64,000 bases of DNA from an uncultured Veillonellaceae bacterium (GTDB lineage: Bacteria > Bacillota > Negativicutes > Selenomonadales > Selenomonadaceae), in assembly GCA_900315575.1 (NCBI GenBank), contig OMZR01000001.1, positions 16,071 to 80,070 of the forward strand. Reading direction: 5' to 3'. Below the pieces are notes generated by a model. The model had not been told where the DNA came from. It saw nothing but the letters and a program-made list of their open reading frames with translations, and made no database searches. Each line of letters opens with the position of its first letter. The stretch's first letter is position 1. The position numbers and the translations under genes are program-made. This document shows positions 34,989 to 43,101 of this stretch, piece after piece.

Positions 34989-35455
34989 GGCTCGTGGTTG
35001 CGGAGACAGGTTCGTGCGCGGACGCGGCCAGGGGAGGCCTGCCGAAACCCACGGACGATTCCTTAACGGGTTTCTTGCAGGCCTCCCCTGACCGCTCGAA
35101 GATGGGCTGGTGTGCGCGAAGAGGGGCATGGCTTCGCAGTCGCGGAGGCGGGCTTGTAGTCGGACGCGGGCACGGGGGATTCACCGAAATCCACGGATGA
35201 TTCCCTGCGGGCGCAATGATAAATTCGTCCGTCCATCTTGGCGCATCTTTTTTACCCTCTCTTCGTCGGCAAATCCTTGACGTAGCTTTGCTACGCCTGC
35301 GGACTTGCCTCCTCGATAGGGCAAAAAATCTGCGACAATCTGGACGAACTCATTTTATCATTGCGTCCTTGACGGAGTTCTTGCGAATCCCCCGTGCCCG
35401 CTCGAAGATAGATCTGACGCACGCGAAGTTGAGATTTGTACACGCGGCGCAACCT
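34972..35455 (+). repeat. family-B tandem array (one intact unit, one unit interrupted by a nested element, plus partials)
   Basis: Intact unit with stem GCGGCCAGGGGAGGCCTG/CAGGCCTCCCCTGACCGC. The second unit GCGGGCACGGGGGATTCAC...GCGAATCCCCCGTGCCCGC has its loop split at 35204/35366. Confidence 0.9.
35205..35365. mobile_element. small TIR-bounded insertion (MITE-like) nested in the loop of a family-B unit
   Basis: Terminal inverted repeats GCGCAATGATAAATTCGTCC (35211..35230) and GGACGAACTCATTTTATCATTGCG (35342..35365). The loop sequence ACGGATGATTCC | insert | TCCTTGACGG shows a short TCC duplication. Confidence 0.7.
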
Positions 35456-35462
35456 TGGAGCT

Positions 35463-35556
35463 AGCCCCCTTCTAGAGGGGGGACGGGCCCGAAGGGCGGG
35501 GGGAGTCCCCTGTAGGGCGATTGAAATAGCAGGTCGTTTCTTCCGCGGGTGCGATA
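35463..35556 (+). repeat. family-A structured repeat, long form (A4)
   Basis: GCCCCCTTCTAGAGGGGGG-AC-GGGCCCGAAGGGC-GGGGGGAGTCCCCTGTAGGG...TTCTTCCGCGGGTGCGATA. It ends 24 nt before the larE ATG. Confidence 0.85.
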
Positions 35557-35579
35557 TTGATATTTTGGAGGGCATTTTC

Positions 35580-36404
35580 ATGGAACAAAATCTCGTTGCG
35601 AAATCAGAGCGGCTGAAGTCCCTTCTCACCCGTCTCACCTCCGTCGCCGTCGCTTTTTCCTCTGGCGTCGATTCGACGTTCCTTTTGGACGTCGCACACG
35701 AAGTTCTCGGCGCGAAGGCTGTGGCTTTCACGGCGTCATCTCCATTCGTGCCGCAGAGGGATGTGGACGAGGCGGCGGCCTTTTGCCGCGAAAAGAGCAT
35801 CGAGCATGTGGTCGTGCCGTTCGATACGCTGGCGATTCCGGGCGTTGTGGAAAATCCTGAGAATCGTTGCTATCTCTGCAAGCACGCGCTTTTTTCCCGC
35901 ATGGTGGAGCTGGCGCAGGCGCACGGGCTCGCAGCGGTCGTGGACGGCTCGAACCTGGATGATGATGGCGATTACCGGCCCGGGCGGCGGGCACTTCAGG
36001 AGCTCGGCATTGTGAGTCCCTTGCACGCGGCAGGCATGACGAAGGCGGACATCCGCACACTGTCAAAGGAACGCGGCCTCGTGACCTGGGACAAGCCGTC
36101 GTTTGCGTGCCTCGCGTCGCGATTTGCCTATGGCGAGACGCTGACGGCAGAGGGGCTCGACCGCGTGAATCAGGCCGAGGAATTCTTGATGGCAAAGGGC
36201 TTCCGCCAGCTGCGCGTGCGTGTGCACGAGGATGGCACGCTCGCGCGGATCGAGCTGCTGCCGGAGGATATCGGGCGGTTTTTCGCGACGGCGGGCTTGC
36301 GCGAAGAAACGGAGCAGAAGCTCCGCGCGCTCGGTTTCCGCTACGTTTCGCTCGACCTCCGAGGCTTCCGGTCGGGGAGCATGAATGAGGGGCTGAACTC
36401 TTGA
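35580..36404 (+). CDS. larE: ATP-dependent sacrificial sulfur transferase LarE (PP-loop ATP pyrophosphatase)
   Basis: VAVAFSSGVDSTFLL (PP-loop), ENRCYLCK, PSFACLASRF. The upstream part of ORF 35436.. is repeat-derived. Confidence 0.8.
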   Translation: MEQNLVAKSERLKSLLTRLTSVAVAFSSGVDSTFLLDVAHEVLGAKAVAFTASSPFVPQRDVDEAAAFCREKSIEHVVVPFDTLAIPGVVENPENRCYLCKHALFSRMVELAQAHGLAAVVDGSNLDDDGDYRPGRRALQELGIVSPLHAAGMTKADIRTLSKERGLVTWDKPSFACLASRFAYGETLTAEGLDRVNQAEEFLMAKGFRQLRVRVHEDGTLARIELLPEDIGRFFATAGLREETEQKLRALGFRYVSLDLRGFRSGSMNEGLNS

Positions 36405-36500
36405 GCCCCCCTCTAGAGGGGGGACGGGCCGCGTGAGCGGCGGGGGGAGTCCCCTGCATGGCGGGGCAAGCAGCAGAATGTGTTTTCCGCGGGTGCGAAT
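36405..36500 (+). repeat. family-A structured repeat, long form (A5)
   Basis: GCCCCCCTCTAGAGGGGGG-AC-GGGCCGCGTGAGCGGC-GGGGGGAGTCCCCTGCATGG...TTTTCCGCGGGTGCGAAT. Hairpin 2 is GCCGC-GTGA-GCGGC. The repeat starts directly after the larE stop. Confidence 0.85.
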
Positions 36501-36560
36501 CCGATGCAAATGTGCTAGAATAAAAAGAAAGAAATTTCGTACGCAAAAGGATGTGGTCTC

Positions 36561-37757
36561 ATGCGATACCTGCGACGCCTGCTTGAAGCCATCAGCCTCT
36601 TTTTTGCAGGCTTTGCGGCGGTCTGTGCCTGGGTAGGAAACGACATGGCAGCCGCAGGATGCCTGCTTTTCGCAGGCGTATCTGCCGTCGTGCGTTTTGC
36701 TGTGCGGCGGATGCCGGAAAAGGGCAGGCTGGCGACGCTCTCGAAGGACGCATTGGCGGCCATCCCGGAAGCGGAGCAGCAAACGTATGCCGAGCTTTAT
36801 GAAAAGGCGCAGAAGGATTATCTGGCCATCGACGCGGCTGAGAAAACTTTGCAGGATGGCGACATCCGTGCCGAGCTCGCGGAGCTCCAGCCCATCTCGG
36901 TGCGGATCATGGACTACATGGGCACGCACCCCGAGAAAATTCCGCTTGCGCGGAAGTTCGTGACGTACTATCAGGATCGTACGGCGGCGCTCGTGAAAGA
37001 ATATCTGGAGTTTGAGCGTACAGGCCTTTCGACAGAACAAGTCGAGGCGACGAAGGCAAAGATCCGCGGGACGCTCGCGGCGATGGACGAGGCGTATACG
37101 GCCGAATTCGAAAAACTGCTGTCGGACAAGCTGCTCGACGTCGATGCCGAGCTCAAGGTCATGGAGCAAACGCTGGCGGCCGAGGGCATCGAGGATCGCA
37201 CGGAGCCGGGAGGAAGCAGGGAAAACGCGGCGGGCGGCACGGCTGACACAGATGAAAGCGCGACGGGCGGCTCGTTTGCCGTTGACGGCGCTGGCATGCC
37301 GAAGCCGGACGAGACGCTGCAGCCGACCGGCCCGCGCTCGTGGGCGGAGCGCCTTGCTGACCGCGCAAAGACGGCGGCCGAGCAGGAACAGGCGCGAAAG
37401 GAAGGGCGCGCGGCACCCTGGGCAGGGCATCCGCAGGCCGGACGCGCGCACCGCGGCCATGGTTTCGGCATCGGGCGCGGCGACATGATCCGCCAGCCAG
37501 GTTCTGACCTCGCCATCATCCCCGCGCCGCTCTATGAAGACGTGCGCCGCCAGCGCATCCTCATGAGCGTGCTGGCCATCGTGCTCGGCACGTTCGGCGC
37601 GCACCGTTTCTACCAGGGCCGCATCGGCCTCGGCATCCTCTACGTGCTGTTCTGCGGCACAGGGCTTTCGACCATCGTCAGCCTCTGCGAGGGGCTGCGC
37701 TACGCGACCATGCCGCTCGCGAGGTTCTATGAAAAGGTATATCGACCAGTCGGGTGA
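36561..37757 (+). CDS. XpaC-like (5-bromo-4-chloroindolyl phosphate hydrolysis protein family) fused to a C-terminal TM2 domain
   Basis: Two N-terminal TM helices. IRAELAELQPISVRIMDYMGTHPEKIPLARKFVTYYQDRTAALVKEYLEFE. C-terminus LAIVLGTFGAHRFYQGRIGLGILYVLFCGTG (TM2 signature). Confidence 0.7.
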   Translation: MRYLRRLLEAISLFFAGFAAVCAWVGNDMAAAGCLLFAGVSAVVRFAVRRMPEKGRLATLSKDALAAIPEAEQQTYAELYEKAQKDYLAIDAAEKTLQDGDIRAELAELQPISVRIMDYMGTHPEKIPLARKFVTYYQDRTAALVKEYLEFERTGLSTEQVEATKAKIRGTLAAMDEAYTAEFEKLLSDKLLDVDAELKVMEQTLAAEGIEDRTEPGGSRENAAGGTADTDESATGGSFAVDGAGMPKPDETLQPTGPRSWAERLADRAKTAAEQEQARKEGRAAPWAGHPQAGRAHRGHGFGIGRGDMIRQPGSDLAIIPAPLYEDVRRQRILMSVLAIVLGTFGAHRFYQGRIGLGILYVLFCGTGLSTIVSLCEGLRYATMPLARFYEKVYRPVG

Positions 37758-37871
37758 TACTTTTTGAAGCCCCCTCATTGAGGGAGGCTGGCATAGAAGC
37801 TGCGTTCGGCAGAAAAAATCACCCTGTTAATGCCGCATTGATTTCGTTTGATACAAGAAAGGACGACCGCC

Positions 37872-39023
37872 ATGGCAGATATCAATTTGGACGACCTCCT
37901 CAAAGCGAAGAAGGCCGAGGCGCCGGAGGGGGACGCGAACGTCCCTGTCCCGACGGCGGCCGAGGTAGAAAAGACCGTGACGGCGCTCTCGCCCGAGGAA
38001 CGGGCGAAGGTCGACAAGATCAAGGACGCCATCGACCTGCAGGATTCGCAGACGGCGCTGACGTTTGGCGCGCCCGCGCAGAAGGAGATTGCCGACTTTT
38101 CCGACAGCATCTTGCAGAAAGTCCGCACGAAGGACAGCGGCCCCGTCGGCGAGCTCCTGACGTCGCTCGTCTCGGACGTGCGCGCCTATGACGCGAGCCA
38201 ACAGAAGGGCTTTCTGCAGAAAATCCCATTCGTCAGCGGCCTCGTGGACAAGGCCAAAGAGAAGAAGGCGGGCTACGACAAGCTTTCGGCGCAGGTCGAC
38301 AAGATCCAGGCCGGGCTCGAAGAAGCGCGCCTCCAGATGATGAAGGACGTCGCGCTTTTCGATGCGCTCTACGACAAGAATCTCGGCTATTTCAAAGACC
38401 TGCAACTCTACATCCAGGCCGGCGAGGAAAAGCTCGAAGAGATGAAGACGCAGACGCTGCCGAAACTCCACGCGCAGGCGCAGGCGTCGCAGGATCCGAT
38501 GGCCGTGCAGGTCGTCGCCGATTTCGAGGCAGGCGTCGACCGGTTTGAGAAAAAGGTGCACGACCTGAAGCTCAGCCGCACAATCGCCATCCAGACCGCG
38601 CCGCAGATCCGCCTGATCCAGAACAATGACAAGGCGCTGATCGACCGCGTGCAGACGGCGATCTACAGCACGATTCCACTCTGGAAGAACCAGCTCGTCA
38701 TCGCGCTCGGCCTCCAGAGCCAGCGCCGCGTGCTCGATATGCAGCGCGCCGTCAGCGACACGACGAACGAGCTTTTGAAGCGCAATGCCGAGATGCTCAA
38801 GGCCAACACGCTCGAAACGGCCGCCGAGAACGAGCGCGGCATCGTCGACATCGACACGGTCAAGAAAGTCAATGAAGACCTCATCGCGACGATCGAGGAG
38901 ACGGTCAAAATCCAAAGAGACGGCCGTGCCAAACGCGCCGCCGCTGAGCAGGAACTCGCTCAGATCGAAGGACGGCTGAAAGAAACGCTTCTCAAGTATA
39001 GTGGGAGAACAGAACAAAAGTAA
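37872..39023 (+). CDS. telA: toxic anion resistance protein (TelA family)
   Basis: LQDSQTALTFGAPAQKEIADFSDSIL, LSAQVDKIQAGLEEARLQMMKDVALFDALYDKNLGYFKDLQLYIQAGEEKL, plus the xpaC neighbour. Confidence 0.85.
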   Translation: MADINLDDLLKAKKAEAPEGDANVPVPTAAEVEKTVTALSPEERAKVDKIKDAIDLQDSQTALTFGAPAQKEIADFSDSILQKVRTKDSGPVGELLTSLVSDVRAYDASQQKGFLQKIPFVSGLVDKAKEKKAGYDKLSAQVDKIQAGLEEARLQMMKDVALFDALYDKNLGYFKDLQLYIQAGEEKLEEMKTQTLPKLHAQAQASQDPMAVQVVADFEAGVDRFEKKVHDLKLSRTIAIQTAPQIRLIQNNDKALIDRVQTAIYSTIPLWKNQLVIALGLQSQRRVLDMQRAVSDTTNELLKRNAEMLKANTLETAAENERGIVDIDTVKKVNEDLIATIEETVKIQRDGRAKRAAAEQELAQIEGRLKETLLKYSGRTEQK

Positions 39024-39050
39024 TGGCAGAAGTGGAACTGACCTTATACA

Positions 39051-39236
39051 GCAGCCTCCCTCATAGAGGGAGGGGGACCGCGAAGCGGTGGTGGGAGTAG
39101 TAGGATACTGAAGCCGAACGAGGTCGTTGTTTTCACTAAAGTCCTTTAGCAACGTTCCACATACTTGTGTGTCTCCAGCATCCAACTACTCCCCCAGTCT
39201 CGCTTCGCTCGACAGCCCCCTCAATGAAGGGGCCTT
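39051..39236. mobile_element. second copy of the MITE-like composite element (inverted relative to 28048..28229)
   Basis: Left arm GCAGCCTCCCTCATAGAGGGAGGGGGACCGCGAAGCGGTGGTGGGAGTAGTAGG. Right arm ACTACTCCCCCAGTCTCGCTTCGCTCGACAGCCCCCTCAATGAAGGGGC. The core shares AGCCGAACGAG with the other copy. Confidence 0.75.
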
Positions 39237-39296
39237 GCAGAAAAGTGCCATTCCGTTTCTATTGCTAATTTTATAATATAGGGAGGACATACTCAC

Positions 39297-40484
39297 ATGC
39301 AGAACTTCACGTTCAAATGCCCGACGGACATCGTCTTTGGCAAAGACGCCGAGCTCCAGGTCGGCAAGAAGATCAAGGAGTATGGCGGCAGCCATGTCTT
39401 CATCGTCTACGGCGGCGGCTCCGTCGTGAAGACAGGCCTGCTGTCGCGCGTCGAGCGCGTGCTGACCGAGAGCGGCATCGCATTCACCGTGCGCGGCGGC
39501 GTCAAGCCGAACCCGCTCGTCTCCCATGCACGCGACGGCGTGCGCGAAGCCATCGCGTTCGGCGCCGACTTCATCCTCGCTGTCGGCGGCGGCTCCGTCA
39601 TCGACACGGCAAAGGCCATCGCCCACGGCGTCGCGAATCCTGAGACGGACATCTGGGATTTCTGGTGCGGCCGCGCAAAGCTCACGAAGACAACGCCGGT
39701 CGCCGTCGTTCTGACGCTCGCGGCGGCGGGCAGCGAAACGAGCGACAGCGCCGTGCTGACGAACGAGGAAATGGGCGTCAAGGGCGGCATCAACACGCCG
39801 TTCAACCGTCCGACGCTCGCGTTCATGAACCCGGAGCTCACGTACACTGTGCCGAAAAAGCAGCTCGTCGCGGGCGTCAGCGACATCCTCATGCACACGC
39901 TCGAACGCTATTTCACGAAATTCTCCGGCAACGAATTTACCGACCTCGTCGCCGAAGTGCTCATCAAAGACGTCGTGAAGAGCGCCCGCGTCGCCGTCAA
40001 GGACCAGCGCAGCTACGACGCCATGAGCGAGATCATGTGGTGCGGCAGCGTCTCGCACAGCAATTTTACCGAGCTTGGCCGCTGCAAGGATTTCTCGTGC
40101 CACAAGCTCGGCCATGCCATCAGCGCGAAATTCGACACGACGCACGGCGAGAGCCTGACGGCCATCTGGGGCTCATGGGCCGAGTACGTCTATCATGACG
40201 ACGTTGCGCGCTTCGCGCATTTTGCCGAAAAAGTCTGGGATGTGCCCGCCGACTTCGGCGACGATGAGGCCAAGGCGAAAGAGGGCATCCATCGCCAGAT
40301 CGCATTCTTTACGGAGCTCGGCATGCCGACAAGCCTCGGCCAGCTGCCGAGCGGCGTGCTCAAAGAAAGCACCATCAAAGACCTCGCCGACCAGGTTACG
40401 GCCAAAGGAACAAAGACCGTCGGCAACTTCCACCCGATTGATTGGAAAGCCGCCGTCGAGATCTATACGATGGCAAATCACTAA
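39297..40484 (+). CDS. iron-containing alcohol dehydrogenase (butanol dehydrogenase/YqhD-like)
   Basis: FIVYGGGSVVKTGL, ILAVGGGSVIDTAKAIA, LAAAGSETS, HKLGHAISAKFDTTHGESL. Confidence 0.9.
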   Translation: MQNFTFKCPTDIVFGKDAELQVGKKIKEYGGSHVFIVYGGGSVVKTGLLSRVERVLTESGIAFTVRGGVKPNPLVSHARDGVREAIAFGADFILAVGGGSVIDTAKAIAHGVANPETDIWDFWCGRAKLTKTTPVAVVLTLAAAGSETSDSAVLTNEEMGVKGGINTPFNRPTLAFMNPELTYTVPKKQLVAGVSDILMHTLERYFTKFSGNEFTDLVAEVLIKDVVKSARVAVKDQRSYDAMSEIMWCGSVSHSNFTELGRCKDFSCHKLGHAISAKFDTTHGESLTAIWGSWAEYVYHDDVARFAHFAEKVWDVPADFGDDEAKAKEGIHRQIAFFTELGMPTSLGQLPSGVLKESTIKDLADQVTAKGTKTVGNFHPIDWKAAVEIYTMANH

Positions 40485-40496
40485 TAGATAGGTAGA

Positions 40497-40620
40497 GCGC
40501 TCGCGGAGAGGCAGTCGTGCCCGGACGCGGCAAACAGGGGCCTGCCGAAACCCACGGACGATTCCTTAACGGGTTTCTTGCAGGCTCCTTTTTGCTGCTC
40601 GAAGATGAGCAGCGGACGCT
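40497..40620 (+). repeat. family-B structured repeat (B6)
   Basis: GCGGCAAACAGGGGCCTG-CCGAAACCCACGGACGATTCCTTAACGGGTTTCTTG-CAGGCTCCTTTTTGCTGC. Confidence 0.85.
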
Positions 40621-40677
40621 ATCTCTTTTTTGCTCTGCATGATATAATGAGAAAAAGAGTTGCGAGGAGGGAGTTGC

Positions 40678-41571
40678 ATGAAAAAGGTTCCACACTACGA
40701 CCCGACAAATGACCTCGTGTTCAAGTTCGTTTTCGGCCGTGAGGAACGGAAGAACGTCACGCTCAGGTTCATCAACGACATGACAGGGCGCGAAGGAAGC
40801 AATGCCTTTGTTGACCTTGATTTCCGGAACTCCGAACTCGTGCCGGACAAGGAAGATGACAAGCTCGGGCGACTGGATGTCTTCGGTATCCTTGACGACA
40901 GGACGCGCGTCGATGTCGAGATGCAGGTCTTCAATCATCGGAACATGGAAAAGCGCTCGCTTTTCTATTGGGCGCACATGTACCTGCATTTTGATGCGCT
41001 GAAAAGCGGACAGGGCTATCGACAGATCAAGCCGGCCATTGCCATCAACATCTTGCGGTTCCCATTCCTACCGACGGAGGCGCCGTTCTCGCAGTATGGT
41101 ATCTATAACATCAAGAATCAGCATAAGCTGACGGATGACCTCGAACTTGATTTTCTCGAAATCCCGAAATACAGGAACAAGCCTGTGAAAGAGATGAACC
41201 GCGTCGAGCGTTGGCTCGCATATTTTGCGAACCGGCTGGACGATGATGGGAAGGAGGAACTCGCCATGTCGAATCCGGAGATTGCTGAGGCGATGGAGGC
41301 CTCGGATCGCTTCATGATGGACGACAAAGCTTATTTCGAGTACCTGCAGCGCGAATCCGCCATCTGGGATTATAACAACGACATGGCGGGGAGCCGTGAA
41401 GAGGGCCGCGAAGAAGGCCGCGAGGAGGGACGCGAAGAGGGCGAGCGTTTGAAGACGGAGAGCTTCGTCCGTAATTTGCTTGCAGCAAAGATGTCGTATG
41501 AAGAAATTGCACGTTTGGCAGAGACGACAATCGAAAATGTCGAACGGATTGCAAAGGCGTCAGGACAGTAA
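40678..41571 (+). CDS. Rpn family recombination-promoting nuclease/putative transposase (YhgA-like PD-(D/E)xK)
   Basis: DLVFKFVFGREERKNVTLRFINDM ... DDKLGRLDVFGILDDRTRVDVEMQV ... KRSLFYWAHMY. Contains an (EEGR)x4 tandem repeat. Confidence 0.85.
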   Translation: MKKVPHYDPTNDLVFKFVFGREERKNVTLRFINDMTGREGSNAFVDLDFRNSELVPDKEDDKLGRLDVFGILDDRTRVDVEMQVFNHRNMEKRSLFYWAHMYLHFDALKSGQGYRQIKPAIAINILRFPFLPTEAPFSQYGIYNIKNQHKLTDDLELDFLEIPKYRNKPVKEMNRVERWLAYFANRLDDDGKEELAMSNPEIAEAMEASDRFMMDDKAYFEYLQRESAIWDYNNDMAGSREEGREEGREEGREEGERLKTESFVRNLLAAKMSYEEIARLAETTIENVERIAKASGQ

Positions 41572-41594
41572 TAAGAACAGAAGATTATTGAGAG

Positions 41595-42242
41595 ATGGCA
41601 GCAATGACAAAGCAGAAGAAAGAGCTCCCTTTGTGGATGCAGTTGCAAGTAGTGTCATCTTATAGCCGTGGCTGGGCATTGCTTTTATGCCTTTGCGGGT
41701 TCTTCACGATAGGCGGGTTGCATCGATTTTATGTACGACGTTGGATATCTGGCATCCTTTATCTTTTAACAGGCGGAGTGTTCATGGTAGGGACGCTTTA
41801 TGATCTGATTCAGATACTTCGTGGAGAGTTTGACGATGATTGTGGACTGCATCTGGAATCGGCATTGCGTAAACGCTGGGATGATCGACATGCTGTTTGG
41901 CGATATATTGGAAGTACACCAGGGGTGGGTCGCTACTATATCAATCGAGACACGATAGATCATTCGGTTCCAAACCAGGTCACTTGCAGCTTCCTCGTAA
42001 AAATCAATTCGCTGGGTGCAGCGGCTATGAAGTCACATGGGATGCCGGGCAACGTTGTTTATGGAATTAGTCGGGTATGTTTCGAAAATGACGATGGCTC
42101 TGTTTATGTAACACCCCTTGAAGGAGAGTTTTGGGATAAAACAAAATGCATCATGCAACGAGATGAAAATCTTGGGGGAGCAGAATATGTCGATCCAAAC
42201 TCGATGTATGATACAGTTTATCAGGCTGCATACCGATTTTAA
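41595..42242 (+). CDS. TM2 domain membrane protein with an extra C-terminal domain (possibly adhesin-E-like)
   Basis: LLCLCGFFTIGGLHRFYVRRWISGILYLLTGGVFMVGTLYDLIQIL is the TM2 signature. The C-terminal family call is only a weak impression. Confidence 0.6.
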   Translation: MAAMTKQKKELPLWMQLQVVSSYSRGWALLLCLCGFFTIGGLHRFYVRRWISGILYLLTGGVFMVGTLYDLIQILRGEFDDDCGLHLESALRKRWDDRHAVWRYIGSTPGVGRYYINRDTIDHSVPNQVTCSFLVKINSLGAAAMKSHGMPGNVVYGISRVCFENDDGSVYVTPLEGEFWDKTKCIMQRDENLGGAEYVDPNSMYDTVYQAAYRF

Positions 42243-42256
42243 CGATAGCGTCTATG

Positions 42257-42300
42257 AAAAAGGCGTGACTTCTGCAGTGCACAGGAGTCACGCCTTTCTT
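42257..42300. terminator. bidirectional terminator between convergent TM2 and TauE genes
   Basis: Perfect 10-bp stem AGGCGTGACT (42261..42270) / AGTCACGCCT (42286..42295), flanked by an A-run and a T-run. Confidence 0.8.
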
Positions 42301-43101
42301 TTACCGCCCGATCATCATGATGGCGCCGCCGATCGTCGGCATGGCGACGATGCAGAATTTCAGGACGGGCATAGGGGCGAGGTGGGTGCCTTTCGCACCG
42401 AACCAGGCGCCGATCATGAGGCCGGAGAGGGTCTGGAGAAAGATGGAGAGGTCGAGGTGGCCAGACACCAGGTAGCCGAGGCCACCGGCGGCGGAGACGG
42501 GCAGGATGATCATCATGCAGGTGCCGATGGCCTGGATGAGCGGGACGCCGAAGATGACCATGAGCGCGAGCTGGATGTAGGCGGCTGCGCCGATGCCGAA
42601 TGCGCCGGAGAGGAAGCCGCAGATGAGGCCCGTGAGGATGCCGTAAATCCAGAGCTTCCGTCCTGTGAGCAGCGTCTCGCGTACAGGGAAGTGGGCGGCG
42701 AGCCATTCGGCGTGGTAGAGCTTGACGTAGAGGATGACGGCGGACGAAAGGATCATGAGCGCCGTCATGAACGAGAGGTCGGCGGCGGGCAGAATGTTCG
42801 ACGTGGCCGCGCCGAGCAGAGCGCCGACGATGCCGCCGGAGCCGATAATGGCACCGACTTTCGGGATGACTTCGTGTTGGCGGAAATGGGAGAGGGCGCC
42901 CGAGAGCATGGTGAAGACCATGGAGGCGAGTGCGACGGCAAGGGCCGTGTGGATGGGGACGCCGAAGCCGACGACGAGCAGGGTGATGGTGACGCCGGCC
43001 CCGCCCGCACCGACAAAGCCGATGAGGGCGCCGAGGATGAGCATGGATGCAAAGATCATAAAAGTTCCTTTCGTAGTCGCTGGCATCGCGGGGGCTTTCA
43101 A
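42301..43101 (-). CDS. sulfite exporter TauE/SafE family protein
   Basis: Polytopic. LIGFVGAGGAGVTITLLVVGFGVPIHTALAVALASMV, GAFGIGAAAYIQLALMVIFGVP. Confidence 0.85.
   Translation of the reverse strand: MKAPAMPATTKGTFMIFASMLILGALIGFVGAGGAGVTITLLVVGFGVPIHTALAVALASMVFTMLSGALSHFRQHEVIPKVGAIIGSGGIVGALLGAATSNILPAADLSFMTALMILSSAVILYVKLYHAEWLAAHFPVRETLLTGRKLWIYGILTGLICGFLSGAFGIGAAAYIQLALMVIFGVPLIQAIGTCMMIILPVSAAGGLGYLVSGHLDLSIFLQTLSGLMIGAWFGAKGTHLAPMPVLKFCIVAMPTIGGAIMMIGR

Noticed and set aside
31695-35455. Tandem family-B arrays as a possible CRISPR locus
   Set aside because: The units are about 110-130 nt and adjoin one another without unique spacers. They alternate between two subtypes, contain long internal palindromes, and have no cas genes nearby. 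They do not have CRISPR architecture.
35436-35579. N-terminal extension of the larE ORF
   Set aside because: It is a translation of family-A copy A4 (..LLEGGRARRAGGVPCRAIEIAGRFFRGCDI..). The ATG at 35580 gives the normal LarE N-terminus.
36063-37778. 571-aa minus-strand ORF overlapping the larE 3' end and the xpaC-like gene
   Set aside because: It is an Arg/Ala-rich antisense artefact. The plus-strand genes carry clear family motifs (PP-loop, XpaC-like, TM2).
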